DNA from: Isoptericola halotolerans
GTDB taxonomy: Bacteria > Actinomycetota > Actinomycetes > Actinomycetales > Cellulomonadaceae
Length of the DNA: 64,000 nucleotides
Assembly (NCBI RefSeq): GCF_013149785.1
Contig: NZ_JABEZU010000001.1
Span: 434,001 to 498,000 of the forward strand
Direction of reading: 5' to 3'
In this document: one piece after another, positions 1 to 12,553 of the stretch
Layout: every line of letters starts with the position of its first letter
Position numbering within the stretch: position 1 is the first letter of the stretch
Notes under the pieces: generated by a model
What the model saw: only the letters and a program-made list of their open reading frames with translations
Told to the model about the DNA's origin: nothing
The model's database searches: none
Made by a program: the position numbers and the translations under genes

Positions 1-149
1 GACGCGACCGCCCTGTCCGGGGCCGCGTCGACGGCGTTGAGCCTCACCTGAAGCCCGGCCCCGTCGGGTTGCTTGACCGGGACGTCTGACGCCTCTCGCT
101 CCGCCTCGACGGCGGAGGACACGAGCCTTCACGGCCCGAGGAGCAGATC

Positions 150-1244
150 ATGACCGTCTCGACCTCCCCTCCTGCCGGGCCGCCGACGCCGCGCGCCCGC
201 CCGACGAGCAACGCGACCGTGCGGGACTACTCGGTCCTGGCGAAGATCGTCCGGGAGTCCGGGCTGCTCCGGCGCCGGTACACCTACTACTGGACACGCC
301 TGAGCCTCGCCGTCCTCGCGTTCGGTGCGGTCTGGGCAGGAGTCGCGCTGGTGGGGGACTCCTGGTGGCAGCTCGCGCTCGCGGCCGCGCTCGCGTTCGT
401 CCTGGCGCAGCTGGCGTTCCTCGGGCACGACAGCGCCCACCGCCAGGTCTTCCGCTCCCGACCCTGGAACGACTGGACGGCCCGCATCATCGCGAACGCC
501 TTCGTCGGGCTGAGCATCTCGTGGTGGACGGCCAAGCACGACGCGCACCACACCGCGCCCAACCAGGTGGGTCAGGACCCCGACATCTCGCCGGGGGTCG
601 TCGCCTTCACCCCGGAGGTCCTCGCGAGCCGTCGCGGCTGGCGAGGCGTCCTCGCCCGCCGGCAGGGGTGGTTCTTCTTCCCGCTCCTGACGCTCGAGGG
701 GCTCTACCTGCACGTCGCGAGCGTGCGCCGGCTCGTGTCGCGCCGGCCCGTCCCGCACCGGGGGGTGGAGCTGCCGCTCCTGCTGAGCCGTCTCGTCCTC
801 TACGTGGCGGCGCTCGCGGTCCTGCTGCCGCCCGGTATCGCGGCAGCGTTCCTCGGCACCCAGCTCGCCGTCTTCGGTGTGCTGCTGGGCGCCGCCTTCG
901 CCCCGAACCACAAGGGGATGCCGATCGTCCCGGCCGGCGCCGACGTCGACTTCCTGCGCCGGCAGGTGCTCATGTCCCGGAACATCCGTGGCAACCCGGT
1001 CGTCGACCTCGTCATGGGAGGTCTCAACCGCCAGATCGAGCACCACCTGTTCCCGAGCATGCCGCGACCGAACCTCAAGGACGTGCAGCCGCTGGTCCGT
1101 GCGTACTGCGCCGAGCTGGGCGTCACCTACACCGAGGTGGGGTTCTTCGCGTCGTACCGGATCGTGATCGGCTACCTCAACGACGTCCCGGGGCGTGCCC
1201 GGGACCCGTTCTCCTGCCCGCTGGCCGCCAGCCTGGGGCGGTAG
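150..1244 (+). CDS. Membrane-bound fatty acid (acyl-lipid/acyl-CoA) desaturase
   Basis: Three histidine boxes HDSAH, HDAHH and QIEHHLFP; several TM segments; GAGGAG RBS before ATG. Confidence 0.9.
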   Translation: MTVSTSPPAGPPTPRARPTSNATVRDYSVLAKIVRESGLLRRRYTYYWTRLSLAVLAFGAVWAGVALVGDSWWQLALAAALAFVLAQLAFLGHDSAHRQVFRSRPWNDWTARIIANAFVGLSISWWTAKHDAHHTAPNQVGQDPDISPGVVAFTPEVLASRRGWRGVLARRQGWFFFPLLTLEGLYLHVASVRRLVSRRPVPHRGVELPLLLSRLVLYVAALAVLLPPGIAAAFLGTQLAVFGVLLGAAFAPNHKGMPIVPAGADVDFLRRQVLMSRNIRGNPVVDLVMGGLNRQIEHHLFPSMPRPNLKDVQPLVRAYCAELGVTYTEVGFFASYRIVIGYLNDVPGRARDPFSCPLAASLGR

Positions 1245-1360
1245 GGCCGGACGCGCCCGCCGCCCCGGGGACCCGCTGAGGGACGGGGTGTAGCGTCGAG
1301 GTATCCGGGCGAACGTGCCCCGTCTGAGGTGCGCGGGCCCGGAACCGCAAGGAGGCCGTC

Positions 1361-1723
1361 ATGGCCGCCCCACACGTCTACCGCACCACCAACGGTCAGC
1401 TCAGCACCCCGGGCCCCCTGCGGACCGGGCCGGAGACCACACCACGTTCGCGTCGATGGACCTCGACGGTCCCGAGGACGCCACGGACCCGTGCCGGCGC
1501 GACCTGGGTGGGGATCTGTCTCGCAGCCCTGCTCCTGGTCGCTCTCATCGTGTTCATGTTCCAGAACACCCAGCCCGTGCTGGTGTCGTTCCTCGGTACT
1601 CAGGCCACGGTCCCGCTCGCCCTCGCGCTGCTGGTCGCGGGAGTCGGGGTGGGCGTCATCGCCCTCGTCGTCGGGACGGTCCGCATCGGGCAGCTCCGTC
1701 GGCGCCTCGCGCACGGCGGCTGA
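1361..1723 (+). CDS. Small membrane protein, LapA/DUF1049-like
   Basis: AAGGAGG RBS; two TM helices around the VFMFQNTQPV motif typical of the LapA domain. Confidence 0.8.
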   Translation: MAAPHVYRTTNGQLSTPGPLRTGPETTPRSRRWTSTVPRTPRTRAGATWVGICLAALLLVALIVFMFQNTQPVLVSFLGTQATVPLALALLVAGVGVGVIALVVGTVRIGQLRRRLAHGG

Positions 1724-1727
1724 TCGA

Positions 1728-1781
1728 GACGCCGACGGCCCGGGGCTCACCCGAACAGGTGAGCCCCGGGCCGTCGGCGTC
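1728..1781. terminator. Bidirectional hairpin terminator (24-bp perfect stem, 6-nt loop)
   Basis: GACGCCGACGGCCCGGGGCTCACC-cgaaca-GGTGAGCCCCGGGCCGTCGGCGTC between convergent genes. Confidence 0.8.
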
Positions 1782-1786
1782 GTGGG

Positions 1787-5643
<3,857 letters not shown>

Positions 5644-5698
5644 GCCCGGGGCGGCCGTCGGTGGTCGGTGGCGCGGAGCAACCGCACGACACGTTTTG

Positions 5699-5770
5699 GT
5701 AACACTCCTGCGTTACATCGTTAGAATGGCTGGCGCCACGGTACCGGGTATTTGTTAGGTTGCCTGTCAA
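5699..5770 (+). promoter_or_regulatory. Promoter/operator region of the ABC operon
   Basis: TAGAAT -10 at 5722-5727; imperfect palindrome TTGTTAGG-ttg-CCTGTCAA at 5752-5770; AT-rich relative to flanks. Confidence 0.5.
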
Positions 5771-5844
5771 CCGAGCGGTACCCCTCCGGCGCAACGACCG
5801 CGCCGTGGCCCGGCGCACTGGAGCGCCGTGAAAGGAAGGCCCCC

Positions 5845-7578
5845 ATGCACGGACCCACGAGGCGCCGACGCTGGCTCCGCGCCACCGCACTGGCCGCGAC
5901 CGTGACTCTCCTGGCCGCCGCCTGCGGGGGCGGCACCGCCGAGGCGCCGGAGGACGGCGCGGCACCCAGCGCAGCCGGTGGTGACACCGACAGGGAGCTC
6001 GTGATCTGGGCGGGGTCCCAGACGCCGATCACCGCGAACTTCAACCCGTTCAACGCGGCCGGCGTGCTGCACCTCGCCAACGGCGGGATCTACGAGACGC
6101 TCTTCGCCTACAACAAGGCGGCCGACACCGAGCCCGTCCCGCTGCTCGGCACCGACTTCGCGTGGAGCGAGGACGGCACCGAGCTCACCGTCACGCTGCG
6201 CGACGGCGTCGAGTGGAACGACGGCGAACCGTTCACCACCGACGACGTCGTCTACTCGTTCCTGAACGAGGCGTCCAAGCCGGCCTACCTCGCCGACGCC
6301 GTCGCCACCGACGACTCCGCGGTGCTGCTGTCCTTCGACGAGCCGCAGTTCACCAACGAGTTCGCCCTGCTCGGCGCCACCTACATGGTCCCCGAGCACG
6401 TCTTCAGCCAGCACGAGGACGCCGAGGACGCCGAGGCGGAGCTCAGCGGGATCGTCGCCTGGCCGAACGCCGAGTCCCCCGTCGGTACCGGCCCGTACCT
6501 CGTGGAGACCACCTCCGACGCCGCCTACACCGCCGTGGCGAACCCCGGCTACTGGGGCGGGGAGCCGGCCGTGAAGAACCTGCGCTACGTCGGCATCGAC
6601 TCGAACCAGTCCGCCGAGGACCTGCTCGCCACCGGCCAGGTCGACTGGGCCACCATGTTCGTCCCCGAGCCCGAGCGGATCGAGGCGGCCGGCTACGGCT
6701 ATCTCAACACCCCGGTCGACCCCACGGTGCTGTACACCTGCGCCAACGCCGACCTCGGCTGCGAGGGTGACCAGACCGACGTCGCCGTCCGGCAGGCGCT
6801 CAGCGTCGCGATCGACCGTGGTCAGATCGCCGAGAAGGCCTTCGTCGGGCTCACCGCGGACATCTCGCCCACGTTCGCGCTCCTCGGCAGGGACGACAAG
6901 TGGATCGCCGACGGCATGCCCGCCGCGATCGAGCAGTCGGCCGACGCCGACCAGGCCGGGCAGATCCTCGAGGACGCCGGCTACGAGAAGGACGCGGACG
7001 GGTTCTACGGCAAGGACGGCGAGCCCATCGAGCTGACCCTGACCTCCGTCGACGGCTGGTCCGACTACAACAACGCCGCCAAGCTCATCGAGGAGCAGGC
7101 GGCGGCCGCGGGCATCAAGGTGATCGCCTCGACGGTCTCCTGGAACGAGTTCGCCGACTCGCGCACCGGCGGCGAGTTCCAGCTCGTCATGGGCGGCGTC
7201 ATCGGCACCTCCTCGGCCGACCCGTACCAGATCTACCGGGACTGGTTCTCCGGTGACTACACCACCCCGGTGGGCACCGCCCTCGAGCCGGGCTTCTGGA
7301 ACTTCTCCCGGTACGCGAACGACGAGGTCGACGCCGCGGTGAAGGTGGCCGCCGGGACCGACGACGAGTCGGTGAAGGCCGACGCGTACGCCACGGTCCA
7401 GGAGCACATCGTCCACGACGTGCCGTACATCCCGCTGGTCGTCAACGCCACGCAGACGTTCTACAACAGCACCGACTACACCGGCTGGCCCACCGAGGAG
7501 GACCTCTACCTCTTCCCGCCGGCCTGGCAGGGACCGACCTCCGGCGTGATCCTCGGCAACCTCACCGGCACCGAGTGA
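5845..7578 (+). CDS. ABC transporter substrate-binding lipoprotein (family 5, Dpp/Opp fold; possibly oligosaccharide-binding)
   Basis: Arg-rich N-terminus with lipobox LAAAC; NFNPF, LRDGVEWNDGEPFTTDDVVYSF and PVGTGPY; AAGGAAGG RBS before ATG 5845. Confidence 0.92.
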   Translation: MHGPTRRRRWLRATALAATVTLLAAACGGGTAEAPEDGAAPSAAGGDTDRELVIWAGSQTPITANFNPFNAAGVLHLANGGIYETLFAYNKAADTEPVPLLGTDFAWSEDGTELTVTLRDGVEWNDGEPFTTDDVVYSFLNEASKPAYLADAVATDDSAVLLSFDEPQFTNEFALLGATYMVPEHVFSQHEDAEDAEAELSGIVAWPNAESPVGTGPYLVETTSDAAYTAVANPGYWGGEPAVKNLRYVGIDSNQSAEDLLATGQVDWATMFVPEPERIEAAGYGYLNTPVDPTVLYTCANADLGCEGDQTDVAVRQALSVAIDRGQIAEKAFVGLTADISPTFALLGRDDKWIADGMPAAIEQSADADQAGQILEDAGYEKDADGFYGKDGEPIELTLTSVDGWSDYNNAAKLIEEQAAAAGIKVIASTVSWNEFADSRTGGEFQLVMGGVIGTSSADPYQIYRDWFSGDYTTPVGTALEPGFWNFSRYANDEVDAAVKVAAGTDDESVKADAYATVQEHIVHDVPYIPLVVNATQTFYNSTDYTGWPTEEDLYLFPPAWQGPTSGVILGNLTGTE

Positions 7579-7631
7579 GGCGCTGAGGACGGACCGAGGA
7601 GGAGTCGCATGCTGACCAAGGACGGAACGCC

Positions 7632-8624
7632 ATGAGGTTCTACGCCCGGCGGGTCGGGTTCTACGCCCTGACGCTGTGGATAGCGGTCTCGCTGAACTTC
7701 CTGCTCCCGCGCCTGCTGCCCGGAGACCCGTACACGATCCTGCTCGCGCGGCTGCAGCGCAGCGGAGACGTGTCCCCGGCAGTACAGAACAGCCTGCGAC
7801 TCCTCCTCGGCGCCACCGAGGACCAGAGCCTGTGGCAGCAGTACGTCAGCTACTGGGGCAACCTGCTGCGCGGAGACCTCGGGGTGTCGGTGACACAGTT
7901 CCCCACCCCGGTCACCGACCTGATCGCCGGAGCCCTGCCCTGGACCATCGGCCTGGTCGGCACCGCCACGATCCTGTCGTTCGTGCTGGGTGTCGGGCTC
8001 GGTGCGTGGGCGGGCTGGCGACGTGGCTCCTGGGTGGACGGGGTCATCCCGTCCACGACGCTCCTGCAGTCGCTGCCGTACTTCTGGGTCGCGCTGCTCT
8101 TCATCTACGTGTTCAGCGTCGAGCTGCGGTGGTTCCCGATCATCGGCGCCTACGACGTGTTCACCTTCAACGGCCCCGAGCTGAGCTGGGCGTTCGTCGG
8201 GTCGGTGCTCTACCACGCCGTCCTCCCGGCGGTGACGATCATCATCTCCTCCGTCGGCGCGTGGATGCTCGGGATGCGCAACATGATGGTCTCGACGCTG
8301 TCCGAGGACTACGTCATGACCGCCCAGGCCAAGGGGCTGCACACCCGCCGCATCGCCCTGACCTACGCCGTGCGCAACGCCGCCATCCCGTCGGTGAACG
8401 GGTTCGGCGTCGCGCTGGCCTTCGTCGTGGCCGGTTCGCTCGTCACCGAGCAGGTCTTCAGCTACCCCGGTCTGGGCAAGCTGATGATCGAGGCCGTCCG
8501 CAACAACGACTACGCCCTCATGCAGGGCGTGTTCCTCATGATCACGCTCGCCGTGCTCGCCGCACTCCTGGTCATGGACCTCGTGCACGGCCTCATCGAC
8601 CCGAGGGCCCGCCACCGTGACTGA
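7632..8624 (+). CDS. ABC transporter permease (DppB-like)
   Basis: LNFLLPRLLPGDP; EDYVMTAQAKGL EAA loop; EQVFSYPGLG. Confidence 0.93.
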   Translation: MRFYARRVGFYALTLWIAVSLNFLLPRLLPGDPYTILLARLQRSGDVSPAVQNSLRLLLGATEDQSLWQQYVSYWGNLLRGDLGVSVTQFPTPVTDLIAGALPWTIGLVGTATILSFVLGVGLGAWAGWRRGSWVDGVIPSTTLLQSLPYFWVALLFIYVFSVELRWFPIIGAYDVFTFNGPELSWAFVGSVLYHAVLPAVTIIISSVGAWMLGMRNMMVSTLSEDYVMTAQAKGLHTRRIALTYAVRNAAIPSVNGFGVALAFVVAGSLVTEQVFSYPGLGKLMIEAVRNNDYALMQGVFLMITLAVLAALLVMDLVHGLIDPRARHRD

Positions 8625-9627
8625 CCAGCCCACGGACCGACCAGAGGTCCGCCGCCCGGCCCGCCGCCGCCCGTCCCGCGACGCCAAGCTCGTCGTCGGC
8701 CTCGCCGTCGTCGGCGCCACCGTGCTCTTCGCGATCTTCGGGCCGATGCTCACCCAGGACCCGCGCAGCTCCGACAACCCCGTGCTGGTCCCGCCGCAGC
8801 CCGGCCACTGGCTCGGCACCACGAGCCTCGGGTACGACGTCCTCGCTCAGCTCGCCGAGGGCGCGCGCGGATCCCTGCTCGTGGGTGTCGTCGCCGGGCT
8901 GCTCGCGATCGTGCTGTCCCTGGTCTTCGGCGTGGTGGCCGGCTATGCCCGGGGCGCCACGGACGAGGGGCTGTCCCTGATCACGAACGTCATGCTCGTG
9001 ATCCCCGGGCTTCCGCTGATGATCGTGGTCTCCAGCTACCTGGAGGTGCGCAGCCTGTGGGTGGTCGCGATCATCCTCGGGGCGACCGCCTGGCCCGGCG
9101 CCGCCGTCGTGCTGCGCCTGCAGGCCCGCTCGCTGCGCAGCCGCGACTACGTCTCTGCGGCCCGGGTCGCCGGCGAGTCCACCCCGCGCCTGCTGGGCAT
9201 GGAGATCCTGCCCAACCTCCTGCCGCTGCTCACCGCCCAGTTCCTCTTCGCGGTGGTGCTCTCCATCCTCGGCGAGGCCGGGCTGTCCTACCTCGGGCTG
9301 GGTCCCAACGGGTCGATCACCTGGGGGACCATGCTCAACGAGGCCCAGGGCGGTGGTGCCCTCACGCGCGGCGCCTGGTGGTGGTTCGTCCCGCCGGGAC
9401 TGATGATCGCCGTCCTCGGGTGCGCGATGAGCCTGATCAACTTCGCCATCGACGAGGTCATCGACCCCAAGCTCCGACAGGCACCCACCGCAGCCAAGCT
9501 CCAGCGCAAGGCCCGCAAGGCCGGCCTGGACATCACGTCACCGGCGCACGACGACGACACCCCCCGGCCGGCCCCCGCAAGCCGGGCCCCGGACCCCGAC
9601 GACCACAAGGAGAGGGTGCAGGCATGA
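8617..9627 (+). CDS. ABC transporter permease (DppC-like)
   Basis: HWLGTTSLGYD, RDYVSAARVAG and LSYLGLG...WGTML motifs; overlaps the upstream gene. Confidence 0.93.
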   Translation: MTDQPTDRPEVRRPARRRPSRDAKLVVGLAVVGATVLFAIFGPMLTQDPRSSDNPVLVPPQPGHWLGTTSLGYDVLAQLAEGARGSLLVGVVAGLLAIVLSLVFGVVAGYARGATDEGLSLITNVMLVIPGLPLMIVVSSYLEVRSLWVVAIILGATAWPGAAVVLRLQARSLRSRDYVSAARVAGESTPRLLGMEILPNLLPLLTAQFLFAVVLSILGEAGLSYLGLGPNGSITWGTMLNEAQGGGALTRGAWWWFVPPGLMIAVLGCAMSLINFAIDEVIDPKLRQAPTAAKLQRKARKAGLDITSPAHDDDTPRPAPASRAPDPDDHKERVQA

Positions 9628-10517
9628 GCGGGACCACCACGGCACCCGGCCCGCTGAGCTCGGCGGCGCACGCGGCCCACGTCGCGCGGCTGACCCCGGT
9701 GCTCACCGCGCGGGACGTGTCGATCGAGTACGAGGTCGACCCGCCTGTCCGCGCCGTCCGGGACGTGTCCCTGACCCTGCACCGGGGCGAGATCCTCGGG
9801 CTGGCCGGCGAGTCCGGCTGTGGCAAGTCGACGCTGGCCTACGGCCTCGACCGGCTCATCAGGCCGCCCGCCGTCATGACGTCCGGCCAGGTGACCTTCC
9901 ACGACGCGGACGGCACCGAGACCGACGTCGTCGCCCTCGACGGCGACGCCCTGCGCGCGTTCCGCTGGGACAAGGTGTCCATGGTCTTCCAGGGCGCCAT
10001 GAACTCCCTCAACCCGGTGATCAGCGTCCGGGCGCAGCTCGAGGACGTCCTGACCACCCACCGCCCGCACCTGACCAAGCAGCGACGGCGGGAACGCTGC
10101 GCGGAGCTGTTGCAGCTGGTCGGCGTCGACCCCGGCCGCCTCGACGCGTTCGCCCACGAGCTGTCCGGCGGGATGCGCCAGCGGGTGATGATCGCGATGG
10201 CGATGGCGCTCGACCCGCAGGTCATGATCATGGACGAGCCGACGACGGCCCTCGACGTCGTCGTCCAGCGGGAGATCCTGCGCCAGATCATGCGCCTGCG
10301 CGAGACGTTCGGCTTCGCCGTCGTGTTCATCACGCACGACCTGCCGCTGCTGCTGGAGATCGCCGACCGCATCGCCGTCATGCGGGCCGGCGAGATCGTC
10401 GAGCTCGACACGGCCGAGCAGCTCTACGCCGAGCCGCAGCACGAGTACACGCAGCAGCTGCTGTCCTCCTTCCCGAGCCTGCTCGGGGAGTTCTCCTACG
10501 ACGAGGAGCGACGATGA
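9624..10517 (+). CDS. ABC transporter ATP-binding protein (DppD-like)
   Basis: Walker A GESGCGKS, signature LSGGMRQR, Walker B IMDEPT; ATG overlaps the upstream stop (ATGA). Confidence 0.93.
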   Translation: MSGTTTAPGPLSSAAHAAHVARLTPVLTARDVSIEYEVDPPVRAVRDVSLTLHRGEILGLAGESGCGKSTLAYGLDRLIRPPAVMTSGQVTFHDADGTETDVVALDGDALRAFRWDKVSMVFQGAMNSLNPVISVRAQLEDVLTTHRPHLTKQRRRERCAELLQLVGVDPGRLDAFAHELSGGMRQRVMIAMAMALDPQVMIMDEPTTALDVVVQREILRQIMRLRETFGFAVVFITHDLPLLLEIADRIAVMRAGEIVELDTAEQLYAEPQHEYTQQLLSSFPSLLGEFSYDEERR

Positions 10518-11347
10518 GCACCCTCGAGGTCCGCCACCTCGTCAAGGACTTCCGGGTCCGCGACGGGCTGAGGCGCGGCACGCTGCGCGCCGTCGACGAC
10601 GTCTCGTTCACCCTCGCCGCGGGCCGGACGGTCGCCGTGGTGGGGGAGTCCGGGTCCGGCAAGTCGACCGTGGCGCGGATGATCGCCCAGCTCGAGACCC
10701 CCACGGCGGGCGAGATCCTGCTCGACGGCGAACCGATCGGCCGGCGCGGCCGGGCACTGGCGCGCTACCGCAACCAGGTGCAGATGGTGTTCCAGGACCC
10801 GTTCGCCTCCCTGAACCCCTACCACCCCGTGAGCTACCACCTCGAGCGCCCGCTGAGGATCCACGGCGTCGCCCGCGGCAAGGAGGTGACCCCGGCGGTC
10901 CACCGGCTGCTGCGCAGCGTCGAGCTCGACCCGCCGGAGGTCTTCGCGGCCAAGCGACCCCACGAGATGTCCGGCGGGCAGCGACAGCGCATCGCCATCG
11001 CCCGGGCGCTCGCCCCCGGCGCCCGGTTCCTCGTCGCCGACGAGCCGGTCTCCATGCTGGACGTCTCCATCCGCCTCGGGGTGCTCAGCCTGCTCGCCCG
11101 GCTGCAGCGCGAGGAGAACCTCGGCGTCCTCTACATCACCCACGACCTGGCCACGGCCCGGCACTTCAGCGACGAGATCGTCGTCATGCTCCGCGGCGAC
11201 GTCGTCGAGCAGGGACCGAGCGACCAGGTGATCCTCGACCCGCAGCACGACTACACCAAGACGCTGCTGGCCGCCGCCCCCGACCCGTCCCGGCACGGGA
11301 GGCTGCGCGACGAGGTGCGCGCCGAGCTCGCGGCGCAAGCCTCCTGA
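10514..11347 (+). CDS. ABC transporter ATP-binding protein (DppF-like)
   Basis: GESGSGKS, MSGGQRQR, VADEP; ATGA coupling. Confidence 0.93.
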   Translation: MSTLEVRHLVKDFRVRDGLRRGTLRAVDDVSFTLAAGRTVAVVGESGSGKSTVARMIAQLETPTAGEILLDGEPIGRRGRALARYRNQVQMVFQDPFASLNPYHPVSYHLERPLRIHGVARGKEVTPAVHRLLRSVELDPPEVFAAKRPHEMSGGQRQRIAIARALAPGARFLVADEPVSMLDVSIRLGVLSLLARLQREENLGVLYITHDLATARHFSDEIVVMLRGDVVEQGPSDQVILDPQHDYTKTLLAAAPDPSRHGRLRDEVRAELAAQAS

Positions 11348-11398
11348 CACCGGTCCGTCCGAGGCCGGGCTCCCGCACAGGGACCGCCGTGCGGGAGC

Positions 11399-11959
11399 TC
11401 AGCTCCACCGCGCCCGGTACAGGTCGCGCAGGAGGCACATCTCGGCGCCGTGAGCCATCCCCTCGCGGTTGAGGTGCGCGACGAGCGCCGCCATCGAGTC
11501 CTCGGCGAAGTAGCTGCCCTTCGGCCCGAGCGGCCGGGCGAGCTCCTCGTCGTCCAGGGTGGCCACGGCGTCGTACCAGGACCGGTACCCCTCGGCGAGG
11601 AGCGCGAGCCCGCCCTCGGCGGTCAGCGGCAGCGGCTCGGGCCAGTGCCGCGGGTCGAACATGTCGGCGTCCTCGGGCGCCGCCGTCGGGCCGAAGAGGG
11701 CCCGGGCGCGGCCTCCCCACACGTCACGTCCCAGGTGGGCCATCCTCCAGGCGAGCGTCGTGACCGGTGGGACCGCCGGCTCGGGCTGCGTCTCCTCGAT
11801 GCGCACGACGCCCGCGGCGTCCGGGCGCAGGCTCCAGCAGCCGTCCACCGGCTCCCACAGGTACTCGTCGTCCGTCAGGCCCTGCAGCCGCGGCCACAGG
11901 TTCGACTCCCAGTAGAAGGCCATCTGATCGGTCAGCAGCGTGCGCACCGTCGTCACCAC
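11399..11959 (-). CDS. DinB-family protein (DinB_2 / thiol S-transferase-like)
   Basis: LQGLTDDEYLWEP, TTLAWRMAHL and HLNREGMAHGAE; start chosen at GTG 11959 (11956 also possible). Confidence 0.82.
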   Translation of the reverse strand: MVTTVRTLLTDQMAFYWESNLWPRLQGLTDDEYLWEPVDGCWSLRPDAAGVVRIEETQPEPAVPPVTTLAWRMAHLGRDVWGGRARALFGPTAAPEDADMFDPRHWPEPLPLTAEGGLALLAEGYRSWYDAVATLDDEELARPLGPKGSYFAEDSMAALVAHLNREGMAHGAEMCLLRDLYRARWS

Positions 11960-11999
11960 GGAGCCATCATGGTCGGCACCACCGACATAACCTGTGCCC

Positions 12000-12374
12000 A
12001 TGCCTGCACGACGACGGACCGACCCTTCCGCCGGGCGCGCCGCGGTGGCCGCCTGGCTCGAGGGCGACCACGCCCGCGCCACGACGACGACGGCGGTGCG
12101 GTTCACGCTCGAGGAGCTGGCCGCCGTCGCACCCGGCAACGCGGTCGAGGTGCGCGTCCCGCCGGCCGGTGCCGTGCAGGCCGTCGAGGGGCCGCGCCAC
12201 ACGCGGGGGACCCCGCCGAACGTCGTCGAGACCGACGTCGAGACGTGGCTGGCGCTCGCCACAGGTCGGGCCGCATGGACCGACGTCCTCGCCGCGGGGC
12301 GTGTGCACGCCTCGGGCGAACGGGCGGACCTGTCGTCGTGGCTGCCGCTGCAGGCGACGCGCGACCGCGGCTGA
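12000..12374 (+). CDS. Bacterial sterol-carrier-like (SCP ortholog) protein
   Basis: PGNAVEVRVPP, GPRHTRGTPPNVVETD and ASGERADLS motifs. Confidence 0.85.
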   Translation: MPARRRTDPSAGRAAVAAWLEGDHARATTTTAVRFTLEELAAVAPGNAVEVRVPPAGAVQAVEGPRHTRGTPPNVVETDVETWLALATGRAAWTDVLAAGRVHASGERADLSSWLPLQATRDRG

Positions 12375-12483
12375 CGCGGGCACGGCGTCCTGGCCGTCGC
12401 CGAGGGTCGTCGGGCGGGCGTCGGTGGGCGGCGGTACCGTCGCGAGCACCGGACTCCTGTCGGCAGCACGTCCGTGACCTGGG

Positions 12484-12505
12484 GTTCAACCAGGGTTCAC
12501 ACGAC
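12484..12505 (+). promoter_or_regulatory. PHO-box-like direct repeat (PhoP/RegX3 type)
   Basis: GTTCAACCAGG GTTCACACGAC: two GTTCA units exactly 11 nt apart, about 50-70 nt upstream of the nuclease start. Confidence 0.65.
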
Positions 12506-12553
12506 CGTGCTTGGCTGAGCCCGCCCTGTCGACCCTGATCGAGGAGGACCAGC

